DNA of 62,684 nt, counting the filler, from Globobulimina sp. (Eukaryota), in NCBI GenBank assembly GCA_003354225.1. It is 42 parts of 42 records of this genome, joined end to end, with 100 filler letters (N's around TTAATTAATTAA, not from the genome) between each part and the next. Parts side by side here need not be neighbours in the genome. Positions count along the whole stretch, not along the records: positions 25,428 to 26,822 come from PIVH01017373.1; positions 26,923 to 28,317 come from PIVH01017374.1; positions 28,418 to 29,812 come from PIVH01017375.1; positions 29,913 to 31,307 come from PIVH01017376.1; positions 31,408 to 32,802 come from PIVH01017377.1; positions 32,903 to 34,297 come from PIVH01017378.1; positions 34,398 to 35,792 come from PIVH01017379.1; positions 35,893 to 37,287 come from PIVH01017380.1; 34 more parts are not named here. One strand, 5' to 3'. Shown in pieces: positions 25,428 through 35,906 of this stretch. The notes under the pieces were generated by a model. It ran no database searches. It was not told the DNA's origin and saw only the letters and a program-made list of their open reading frames with translations. A program made the translations under genes and the position numbers. Numbering within the stretch: position 1 is the first letter of the stretch; each line of letters starts with the position of its first letter.

Positions 25428-26541
25428 ACACCGCGTCAGTATTACAATAGCGTGAAATCGAAGTCCCTTTCCATCCAAAAGGACAGGGAAGGTCCACTTG
25501 AGTGTCTTGGTCGGTGGCTTCGAAGATATACTCTTTGGGACAACGTGGTGTCGGCGTAGGGTCAGACGTAGGTGCAATGGTGGGGTATGTAGTGGGTTCA
25601 ACCGTAGGTTCCACTGTCGGGTTAGACGTATCATCACAAACACCAATGGCAAAGCTGGTAGCAATTTGATTAGTTGTTGCAGCCCAGGCGGGTATGCCTA
25701 ATATATCACGTGGTAGGTCAGGATTGTACCCGACGTACATGAATGTAGTGCAAAACAAAGGCATTTCTACATAGCCAGGGGCGCAGGCAATGCGGTCGCC
25801 TGTATTCTCACTATACACCCAATTGTAGGTCACAGGCGGGCCGGTATTGTGGCGATAATACCAACGCATGCCTGGGTCGCGTTGATTGATCCATTGATAG
25901 CGATTGGTTTCATTGTCCCATATGCGATAAAATTCGCCATCTAATTTACTGTAATCACCGGGACCCGGGTTGGTTGTTAGATTTTTGAGGCACATTCCCG
26001 CTGTGAATATGTGTGATTTAAGATTATTTATATGTGTAATGTGTATATTTTAGGGGATGGTACCTGCACAGTCTCCACCTAATATTCGTAATGGTGTGGT
26101 GGGGAATTCATAGCTGTTGTAACCCCAATACCATTTATCGAAAATGCAATCGAATAAAGAGTCTTGGAAACACGTTAAGAATACCTTGATGCTGCTACCT
26201 TTTACGGGCAATGTTTCCGCCAATACCCAACCATTATCCTCGTGAAGGTTGTAGAGTTTAAATAAATACTGTTCTTTAGCACTTTCTCCAGTATCACCGA
26301 AATTTAAATGTTCATAGATTGGGGCGGAGGTGTTTACGATATCGTCGTCGAGGACTATGCCTTGTTGGTCCAGGTCCATTTTGTTGTACGTACCCATTAA
26401 TATTCGTGGATCGCGGTCTTGGTTATAATCTGCTTGGACATCGCCAATGACACAGACGGATGGGGGGTAGTTGACTTTAGAGAGTGTGTTTGATAGATGG
26501 AGGCTATAGAAAAGTACTGTATATATTGTTGCCGTTGTCAT
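25428..26541 (-). CDS. Secreted/surface protein with PT stalk and hormone-receptor (HRM)-like domain (2 exons, 3' partial)
   Basis: Signal peptide from ATG 26541; intron 26063-26001; PTVEPT repeats then CP......T......LPCPFGWKGTSISRYCN. Confidence 0.7.
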
Positions 26542-26922
26542 GTTGTTTGTTGTGCGCTGTTTTAATTGATTTGTTGGATAATTGTGGGATATACCCAACC
26601 AATTTTGGGTTGTAAAGACTTCTGTTGACGGATGAGTAAGGTATGATCTTTACAGTGAATAAGATCACAGCAAAAAAGGTTTTAAATAAAACATGAAATG
26701 TTGTTTGTCCTTTATTAGACATTTTTTACATTAATATCATTCTTCTTTTTTTTCATTGGATTTGGTTTCACGGAAAAAGCTGATGCATAAAATCCAAATA
26801 ACACACAAAAAGCATAATTTTGNNNNNNNNNNNNNNNNNNNNNNNNNNNNNNNNNNNNNNNNNNNNTTAATTAATTAANNNNNNNNNNNNNNNNNNNNNN
26901 NNNNNNNNNNNNNNNNNNNNNN

Positions 26923-28317
26923 AAATCTTCTTTAAAATAATTTGTCACGCTTTTTGGGTATAATCTCATCAATATTTCCAAAATTTGAGTCGAATTCGCT
27001 TCAATCGCATAACCAATCGGTGCATGACAGACATCATCGCATAAATGTAACATGTCATCAAACTCCTTCTTGTCGCACAATTTTCTAATTGTCGTAAATG
27101 CTTTGACACAGTCAAAACGACACATGGATGTTAATATGGTTTGGTTTTTAAAATTTGCTTTTAATAAATTGTTTGTACCATTCATCAAATCATTGGTAAT
27201 CACATAATGTAGCAATCCTTTGTAATCGCCATAATTTGCTAAAGTAAATAACTGCTGTTCGAGGTTTAAGGATAAGGGCATGATTGACTTCATATTCTCC
27301 ACAAATTCTTTATGTCTTTCCACTGAATATAAACTATGTGCTTTTAACTTATAATCCGCCATTAAATCGAGCAAAAACTGTACCTCACCTATTAAAGCTC
27401 CGTGTCTTTTTGAGGTAATAATTACATTTAATTTGATATCTGTATATCCAGGAATATTAAAATCAAATTCACTCCATCCATTTTTACAGCGCGTCACGCC
27501 AATTATTGATGTTTTTTTTAAATTGATCGTTGTTACAAACAACTCCAATCCACATAACATTGATTCAATTGATTTGCAATTTATTGTACAACGATTTAAA
27601 TCCAACAACATCGACGCAGTGGGATAGGCTTCTTTGGCATAATCAACCTCCACTTTTGTCTTTGCGCGTTGCTGTTGCTTGACCGGCCCACTCCGATAGC
27701 CCAACATTCCAAACTTAATCATCTCTTCGTTTTCATTGATACAATTTATAATACTTTCCATATCATTTTGAAATTGCTAAAGCAGTAAAATATTGACACA
27801 AAGCATCAAATTTAAGTATAACACTGACATACTTTATCAATTTGATTCGCTTTTAGCACCATTTCATTTAAGTAAATGTTAACATCATAATGTGCGATAG
27901 GATTGAATCCAATGCTGGCTTTGTCCTTAATTAATATTCTTTTGCTGTACTTTGCATTCATGCCATTAGTGATACAATCCTGTCTCGGCAAGTCAACAAT
28001 CATTTGTTTTAAATTAAATGTGGCCATATTATTCCATAATGTTTCATTTTCTTTGGCAATGTCTTGCAGAAATCTCAAGTCCTGTTTTGCCTGAATTTCC
28101 GTTTCGGCGACGATTCGAATATATAATTCATTGTACAATGTTTTGGAATAATCACTGTCTGTTTTTGACATCATTTTAAATCTTTGTGGGTGACAAACAT
28201 GGCACGAATAAAAAGCACATTCATGGCACATAAAAAATGCTTCATTTAATTCTAAATTGTAGCCACAATCATTGCATATGTCATATACATTATTCTCGTT
28301 TGCAATGTATTTCTGTA
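26923..28317 (-). CDS. Cys-rich finger + RelA/SpoT-like nucleotidyltransferase + ankyrin-like repeats (both ends partial)
   Basis: Intron 27832-27777 joins the two ORFs; CNDC...CHEC.FYSCHVC; GPVK...RAKTK...DY, LLDLNRCTI, RCKNGW, GYTDIKLN, GEVQF, AHSLY; then NQTILTSMCRFD and HAPIGYAIEANSTQILEILM. Confidence 0.7.
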
Positions 28318-28417
28318 NNNNNNNNNNNNNNNNNNNNNNNNNNNNNNNNNNNNNNNNNNNNTTAATTAATTAANNNNNNNNNNNNNNNNNNNNNNNNNNN
28401 NNNNNNNNNNNNNNNNN

Positions 28418-28867
28418 AATATTGGGCATTTTGTTCTTAACTAAATGTAATCTGTTTCCTGCATTCTTGCCTGTTATTAAAATGTCAACCTTAGGACCAA
28501 GTGAGCTTACAATATTACACACCTTGGAATCTGCAAGATTGTCAAGCACATTCGTAGAGCTCTTGTACAAACTGCCTGTGACACAAAATGTTGTACCTTT
28601 AAACGGATTAACGCGACTACCCATCGGAGTTATTATTTCACTTTTGATATAGTCTTGAAGTTTGTTGTTCTGCTCATGTAACATTTTGAGTTGAACACGC
28701 TGATTGGCTGTTTCTCTTTTAAGTTCATTGACTTCGTGTTGAAGTGAGTGAATAGTAACTGCATCAACAATCTTACCGATGTTCTTAACGCCATAGCACC
28801 ATTTGTGAAAACGGCTATTGAACGTTATTTTGATTGCATTCTTCTTATCGTACTTTTTGATATCCAT
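28418..28867 (-). CDS. Coiled-coil + stand-alone BRCT domain protein, phage/prokaryote-like (3' partial)
   Basis: NPFKGTTFCVTGSL...VSSLGPKVDILITGKNAGNRL resembles the BRCT domain of NAD-dependent DNA ligases; starts 1 nt after the upstream stop. Confidence 0.75.
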
Positions 28868-28868
28868 T

Positions 28869-29126
28869 TTATTTATTCTCCGTTTTTAGTTCTACGTTTA
28901 CTTCAACAAATACATAATCCGTGCTTGGTCCAGGCAAATCTTTTTTGTAAACTTCACCCTTTTTAAAAATTGTTGCTTCACATACGTAGCTTGTCATAAT
29001 ACAGTGCGTAACTCTACCTATTGAATTTCTACATATACGCAAATAGCAAGGTGAATCTTTATATCGAGTCAACCGTTTCTTTTTCTCAGATATATCTTGT
29101 ACTACGTATAGTTTAGTTTCTGTCAT
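28869..29126 (-). CDS. Small hypothetical protein, phage-like
   Basis: 85-aa intronless ORF, AAGGGA 8 nt upstream of ATG, tightly coupled to the BRCT ORF. Confidence 0.6.
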   Translation of the reverse strand: MTETKLYVVQDISEKKKRLTRYKDSPCYLRICRNSIGRVTHCIMTSYVCEATIFKKGEVYKKDLPGPSTDYVFVEVNVELKTENK

Positions 29127-29276
29127 TTCTCTTATCCCTTGTTTGTAGCTTGTATGACTATTATATAGCGCGATGTTGCAAAAAGATACTGTTTTATGAA
29201 TTTATGTTTGCTTGATATTGTATAATGTAATCCATTGATAATTTAAAACGGGCAACTGACTGTAGAAATAGAGCTA

Positions 29277-29665
29277 AAAAGTACACTTTATACATTTTGA
29301 CTGATTTAAGTGCTTTTAGTAAATTTTAGTAAATTTTTAAGCGATAAAATACACTTTATACATTTTTAGTCATTAAATTAACGCTCTATGTATAAAGTGT
29401 ATTTTTTAGGCCTAGTTATAATATTATAAAATAACTTTCGAAATAAAACTATACGTCTATGACCTGGGAATAAAATACACTTTATACATCAGTTGCTATA
29501 CTTTAGTGATAGTTTAGTGATACTTAATTTATTGTTATCCATTTTAAAACTGGATTACATTTTTAAAAATCAGTGAATTTTGTTGCTAATGTATAAAGTG
29601 TACTTTTTGTTCGTTTATTAGGGAGAGGTAGCAGATTTAGTGCTGGATGTATAAAGTGTACTTTT
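29277..29665. repeat. Six exact copies of TACACTTTATACAT in mixed orientation
   Basis: Forward at 29282, 29350, 29476; reverse at 29388, 29589, 29647; each preceded on its own strand by AAAA or AAAAG. Confidence 0.95.
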
Positions 29666-30098
29666 AACGCTCATTTTAAAGCAGATTTCTATTTTTCATC
29701 ACTTGCTTTTTGAAAACGGATAATAGCTTTTTTGAAACATTTAATAACTTACTTTAACATTTAATAACTTACTGTGCAACACCGATTCAATTAGTGATTT
29801 TTTATATCTATTNNNNNNNNNNNNNNNNNNNNNNNNNNNNNNNNNNNNNNNNNNNNTTAATTAATTAANNNNNNNNNNNNNNNNNNNNNNNNNNNNNNNN
29901 NNNNNNNNNNNNCTGAACTGAAATGTACAATGTTTGATTTACAAAGTTTATGCACAAACCAAGTCCAGCCACATTGGATTTCTACTGTCGGTATTTATTC
30001 ATTTTAGTCATTCAATCATATCATGTGAATTATAAAAATCAAACCACTTCATAAAATATCGCACAAACACAAAAAAATAAAAAAAAGGCAAACACTCA

Positions 30099-31177
30099 TC
30101 AATTGGAACAGACAGCGACACATTTCTGCAGACAGCATTGATGGAAACATCTACATAATGTATGATAGTATGATTTAGCGAAAGCAAACGTTAATAACAA
30201 ACAGAGCGCATTGATGCAACAATCTGTGACCATCATTGCCTCGCTTACAATATGCAATCCATACAGCGCACTTTGTGCATCCCCATTGCCATAGCACCAG
30301 ACCAGAACCAATGGCACGTAATACAACAACCATAACTGTGTGCTCATTGTGCTAACGACTGCCAATATCGTTTGTTTTGTGATAATATTCAACAAAGCAG
30401 TTTGTGGCACGCTGACCTAAATATATACGAAAAACAATAATTATAAACAGACAAAGATGTCACGTACAGTACCTGTATTTTACTCGAAAAAGAAAGCTTC
30501 GCATTCACAGATTTCTCATGTAAATCGTACAAGTAATCCCTATCAAACGTACCCAATGTCACAGCCATCAATTTCTTGACAAAAATGGATGTCAACCCAA
30601 CTGAAATTGAAATATCTGCAAATACTTCTATGACAACAACAATTGCTTCGATTTTAAATTGTGACGCATCACTTATTTTATTGCGACTGATAATATTATG
30701 CATCTCCAGTATGAGGAAAGCGACCTCGCAGTTGAAATAAATAAATATGACCACCGTCAATGCGATGTATGTTGACAATGGCGAGGAATAAGCCGTATTG
30801 CGGAAAACATGGCGCATTCTGCTCATAAAAGTAAGATAAACAAAGCAGTTTGCGGTTGCCCATGAAATGGATGTAATTGCATATGGGACACCATACCAAT
30901 ATACTGAATCAATATAAACGTCAGCAATCAGCACAGAGAGTAAAGATACACAATAAAATATTATGCCCAGAATAGATAATATAATAATTGATTTGGATAA
31001 TTCTCTGCCAACTTTCTTCTTATCGGCAGAGCGATTACGTTGAAAATTTACGCCACTTTTTGCAACAGCAAAGTATAACAATATGATACAAACAGAAACA
31101 CAAAATACTAAACCAATCAGTTTATGCAAGCATGTGAAACAATAACCTCTGTGTTTTGTTATTGACGCAGGCTGCAT
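30099..31177 (-). CDS. 7TM (GPCR-like) membrane protein (2 exons)
   Basis: Phase-0 intron 30472-30417 joins the ORFs; seven hydrophobic helices, ending DCCINALCLLLTFAFAKSYY..LC.CFH.CC. Confidence 0.75.
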
Positions 31178-31232
31178 GCTATCTGATCCTAGCTTACTTC
31201 ACTCAAAAAGTAGTAATAATTAAACTATAATC

Positions 31233-31233
<1 letters not shown>

Positions 31234-31307
<74 letters not shown>
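31234..31307 (+). repeat. Poly(A) tract, 74 nt, at contig end
   Basis: Uninterrupted A run to the spacer. Confidence 0.95.
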
Positions 31308-32228
31308 NNNNNNNNNNNNNNNNNNNNNNNNNNNNNNNNNNNNNNNNNNNNTTAATTAATTAANNNNNNNNNNNNNNNNNNNNNNNNNNNNNNNNNNNNN
31401 NNNNNNNTGTTTTTATTTTGAATAATCTGTAAAAAACTGTAAATTCAAAGAGTTTACAGTAAAAAACAGTAATTTCAAACTGAAAAGCAAAAAGTTAAAT
31501 GTTACCTTTAACATTTTATTATTAACATATTTTCCTTCCCGAAATTCATTAATGAGAATCATATTTAGGATCGCCAATCTAAAAGACATGGACTGTTAAG
31601 GAGACATTAAATGTAACGGTCTCGAAAAATTGTTAGTTGGACATTTTTTTCAAAATTCGCACAGTGTGACTTTTTTTTCAAAACATTGTTTTTTGCAAAA
31701 TTGCCGATGGTTTGTGTATATTCTATAGCATTTTTTTTATTCTAATGCAAAATTACCATTCGTGCTTATATACTGTGTCATATTATTAAATATATGATTT
31801 TCATATGCGTCTATTTCCGTCCATTTTTCGCCATATGATCTATATATGATCTATATATGATACGCATATTTGCTTGTTCATTTTTCCCCTTTAAAATTAT
31901 GCCCGAGTTATATATTTGTCAATATATTATCAGATATTTTAATAATATATTGAAAAAAATAATATATAGAAAATATATTATCCCTTGACAGGTCCACCAT
32001 TTATTCAATATATTACCAGTATAATATATTTATTAGCACTCATATGCGTATCTCTTATCGGGAACACTACTGTAGTGCGAAGGCTGAGGAGCCATTGTTT
32101 TAAAAAATGTAACAAAAAAACGGTTTTTTTTCACTTTACCATCAAACACATCATGGTCTCGTTTTGGCAAAATCCAATCGCCACAATCATCCAATCAAAT
32201 TTGCAATGCAAGCAAGATATGAATTATG

Positions 32229-32273
32229 TTATTCATTCATTGGTTATTCATCCATTGGTTATTCATTCATTGG
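32229..32273. repeat. 15-bp minisatellite, 3 copies
   Basis: TTATTCAT(T/C)CATTGG x3. Confidence 0.8.
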
Positions 32274-32989
32274 ATATAATGGCATTTATCACATGCATGT
32301 AAATATGATTTTTTCTGTTTTTTTTTGTGCGTGCATTTGTTTTGTGTCTTATGTTTGTATTTGTATGGCTTTTTTTATTATTTTCTCCCATGATACCAAT
32401 CACAAATCCGAAAACATATATTATTTGTTTTTAATATTGGTGACACTAAATTCCCTGTATCGTCATTTTTTGGTTATAAAGCATTGTATTTATTAGGTCA
32501 TCACCATCACCATAAGTTGCAAATGATAGTAAGTTTCGATCTGTGATCGATACCAAATCAGAAACTGAAATACAAATAATATCATGAAATATAATTGATT
32601 TTATAATTTGTTTGGTTTTTTTTGCAATTTACGAATAAGAAAAACAATAATATTTGTGTGCAAGGATGGTCAGTTAAGATCTGACAGTTAATTATCAGAT
32701 TAACAAAAATCAAACAAACAAAAATAATATAATTAAGGAACATATTTCGTGAGGTATGCGTCTGCAATAACGTAGTTTAAACAATATAATAATATAATAA
32801 TTNNNNNNNNNNNNNNNNNNNNNNNNNNNNNNNNNNNNNNNNNNNNTTAATTAATTAANNNNNNNNNNNNNNNNNNNNNNNNNNNNNNNNNNNNNNNNNN
32901 NNTTTATTTTTTTAGAGTGTGGTTTTTAAGATTGTTTTTTTTTTTCGATTTATTTATTTAAGTAGTCTACCACGTTATAGTCCAAAACA

Positions 32990-34126
32990 ATGTCAGCCAG
33001 CTACTCAAAGAACCGCAAAATACAATATATTCTCAATCTAATAGTATTGATTGCAATATTGTTGCTATCCATGATGGTATACCTTAATTTTTATTCCGTC
33101 CAACCAGAATTAACCTTGAATCAAAACAATATTAATAATAAAATTGCAACTAAATCATGTTTAAATGATATATTTGATGCAATATTTGTAATCTCAATTA
33201 AAACACGTACGGAAACATTAAACATTACCTTATTTCAATTATATTCCGAAAATATTAAATTTATATTATGGGAGGGACATTCTATTAGCAATTCGTATTC
33301 ACTTTTTTTACATAAAACACTGAAACAATATATTGATAAAAAAAACGTTAATCCGTATATCTACGGAGTCAGAGTGAAAGCCGCCCAAATTAATTCTGCA
33401 TATTACAACGCAAATGTATTTTTTTTAAGGCAAACACAGATTGATATCATCAAATATTCCAAAGCAAACAAACTGAATAAAATATTGATCTTTGAAGATG
33501 ACATATTATTATCAAATCCGTATTATATAGATATGTTTTGTTTAATTGAACCAAATATCAAACGTTGGTACATTTTGAATCTTGGCGTGAATGGATATTC
33601 GAAAGAAATGAAATTATTAAATGTTTCTAATTATGAAAATAAAGAAATAAAAATATATCACAAACAGAGAGATAGCTGGGGAGCATTTGCCATTGCTTTT
33701 CATAAAGATGTTTATAAATATTTCATTCGTGCCTTTGATTTTGATATTAATTCCTTTGATAACGTTGCAGTGTCTCATATTTATCCATTGGATATGTATT
33801 TCGTTGTGCTTGGCCACAGAGTCTGGGCACAATATCAATGTTATAATATTCATCCAACATTGGTCTTACCAGATATGACATCTTCGGTAATTAGGAAACT
33901 TAAAAAAAATGAAGCTACTGCGGTTGAATGGATACAAGAGAGGACCACTGATGGCAATATATCGCATTTTTCCAAATATTGGAAACTTAGATTTTCAAAT
34001 GAGACTCAAATTTACACCAAACAAATACATGATGTGGTGCCAACTTTTGATAAACTGCTCATAAGCTCACCGTCAAATCTCTACTTGGAAAACAAGAGTC
34101 AAATTTTATATAAAAGGACCAGATAA
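32990..34126 (+). CDS. Glycosyltransferase family 25-like type II membrane protein
   Basis: N-terminal TM anchor; FDAIFVISIKTR, ILIFEDD, WYILNLG, GAFAIA, PLD, PTLVLPD. Confidence 0.75.
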   Translation: MSASYSKNRKIQYILNLIVLIAILLLSMMVYLNFYSVQPELTLNQNNINNKIATKSCLNDIFDAIFVISIKTRTETLNITLFQLYSENIKFILWEGHSISNSYSLFLHKTLKQYIDKKNVNPYIYGVRVKAAQINSAYYNANVFFLRQTQIDIIKYSKANKLNKILIFEDDILLSNPYYIDMFCLIEPNIKRWYILNLGVNGYSKEMKLLNVSNYENKEIKIYHKQRDSWGAFAIAFHKDVYKYFIRAFDFDINSFDNVAVSHIYPLDMYFVVLGHRVWAQYQCYNIHPTLVLPDMTSSVIRKLKKNEATAVEWIQERTTDGNISHFSKYWKLRFSNETQIYTKQIHDVVPTFDKLLISSPSNLYLENKSQILYKRTR

Positions 34127-34537
34127 TTATTAATAACATAATGGCCATTGCATTAATGTTCATAATCGACTCTTGCATTAGGGATCACCACACTAACTCT
34201 TTCGTCATTTTGCTTGCTTTTTGTGTTGTTGCATTGTGTGTGTATTGTATGAATCAGATAGATCCTAAAAGGAAAGACTTCAATTCTTCGAATTGACNNN
34301 NNNNNNNNNNNNNNNNNNNNNNNNNNNNNNNNNNNNNNNNNTTAATTAATTAANNNNNNNNNNNNNNNNNNNNNNNNNNNNNNNNNNNNNNNNNNNNAGT
34401 AGAATATATTCGTGAAAATATCTCAAATGGAAACTTAGATGATAAAGTAAAACAAATATATAAAATATTAATGAAGTAATTTTAATTTTTAAAAAACAAT
34501 ATTAAATAAAGGACTTGAATTATCCAATGATTTATGG

Positions 34538-34570
34538 ATTAATTAAGATATATTTTTTATCTTAATTAAT
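34538..34570. terminator. Perfect 13-bp AT-rich hairpin between two tandem ORFs
   Basis: ATTAATTAAGATA-7 nt-TATCTTAATTAAT, 58 nt after the upstream stop (34479); resembles Mimiviridae 3'-end hairpins. Confidence 0.5.
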
Positions 34571-34578
34571 AATATAAA

Positions 34579-35694
34579 ATGCCTTTTGAAAAAAGAAGTG
34601 TATGTAAAAGTTTTAAAGATAATTTAATAAGATTATCCATAGCTCAAATTTATGAAGGTTGTCTTGGCGAATGGAATTTAGTAGAATTTATAACTCCAGA
34701 AAATAAGCCTGCCGATTTTGGACCACATAGATCCGATTGGGATAGATGTTTATGTAGACATCATATCAGGTATTATTATGTTCTTCAAAATACAATGACA
34801 CAGAAATTTATAAATGTTGGAAGAAGTTGTATGGAGAAATTCCCAGAATATTTTATTTTGAGAAAAAAAGCTATAATAAAAAATGGTTTCTCTTCTAAGA
34901 AAGGATCAGGTTTTTTTAATCTAACAGAAGAAGAAAAAAAAGTAAGAAGAAGAGCATTAATACTATTTTTAACGAAAACAATGAAAAAACTTTATGAATT
35001 CCGAACAATAAATAATAAAAGAAGATTAAAAATACAATCTATTAATGCTTTTAAAAAAATTTTAAGATTAAATAAAGAAAAGAGAGAAAAAAGAAAAAAA
35101 CTTTTATTAAAAGAAGGAATGATTTTTGGTAAATATAAAGGTAAAAAGACAATGAAAGAAGTATATATATTAGATAAGTATTATTGTAAATGGATATTAA
35201 AAGAATATTATAAAAATAATAAATGTGTTTCATTTAGTTGGTTAAGTTTTATTGATTTTTTATCAAAACGTATGAGAAAAGAGATTATAAATATTAAAAA
35301 AGAGATAAAAGAAGAAATAGAAAGAGAAATAAAAAGAGCAAAAGAAAGAAAAGAAAGAAAGTTAGATATTTTAGTTGAAGAAATATTTGAAGATATTATA
35401 GACGAAGCACTTGACGAAGTTGAATGTGAAGAAGAGGATAGAATAGAATTAAAAAGAGAAAAAGAATTAGAAATACAGAAAGAACTAATAATGAAAATTA
35501 GAGCAGAAAAAAAAATAGAAACAGATTTATTAATATATAAAATTAAATATAACAATATTATAGAAAAGAAACCCAAAAGTATATTAGATTTAAGAAGATT
35601 ATATAAAAAACACTTGAGTTATCAAGAAAGAATGAATCATGATTTAAATTATGATTGGAGATTATTAAGATTATTAAAAAACAATATTAAATAA
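34579..35694 (+). CDS. Lys-rich hypothetical protein, giant-virus-like, with CxCxH...C motif and FGKYKG (DUF3820-like) motif
   Basis: CLCRHHIRYYYVLQN.....INVGRSCMEKF; MIFGKYKGKKTMKEV....KYYCKWIL; intronless, extremely AT-rich, short spacers to flanking ORFs. Confidence 0.7.
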   Translation: MPFEKRSVCKSFKDNLIRLSIAQIYEGCLGEWNLVEFITPENKPADFGPHRSDWDRCLCRHHIRYYYVLQNTMTQKFINVGRSCMEKFPEYFILRKKAIIKNGFSSKKGSGFFNLTEEEKKVRRRALILFLTKTMKKLYEFRTINNKRRLKIQSINAFKKILRLNKEKREKRKKLLLKEGMIFGKYKGKKTMKEVYILDKYYCKWILKEYYKNNKCVSFSWLSFIDFLSKRMRKEIINIKKEIKEEIEREIKRAKERKERKLDILVEEIFEDIIDEALDEVECEEEDRIELKREKELEIQKELIMKIRAEKKIETDLLIYKIKYNNIIEKKPKSILDLRRLYKKHLSYQERMNHDLNYDWRLLRLLKNNIK

Positions 35695-35906
35695 AGGACT
35701 TATTTTATAAATTAAATATATTTATTTATTATATAAAAAATAAATATGTTCAAAACATTAAAAAAAGTATTAAAGATGATATTAAAAATGTTNNNNNNNN
35801 NNNNNNNNNNNNNNNNNNNNNNNNNNNNNNNNNNNNTTAATTAATTAANNNNNNNNNNNNNNNNNNNNNNNNNNNNNNNNNNNNNNNNNNNNATTGAGAA
35901 AAAAGC

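Larger units (their letters stand above)
34489..35701. repeat. 28-bp perfect direct repeat flanking the ORF
   Basis: TTAAAAAACAATATTAAATAAAGGACTT at 34489-34516 and 35674-35701. Confidence 0.93.

Noticed and set aside
29282-29295. lac promoter / vector contamination (TACACTTTAT shared with Plac)
   Set aside because: Only 10 bp match; flanks are unrelated to lac.
29282-29660. CRISPR array
   Set aside because: Repeat is only 14-19 bp, orientations alternate, spacing is irregular and no cas gene is visible.
31234-31307. mRNA poly(A) tail of the adjacent gene
   Set aside because: It lies upstream of and opposite to an intron-containing minus-strand gene; likely a genomic tract or retroposon tail that broke the assembly.
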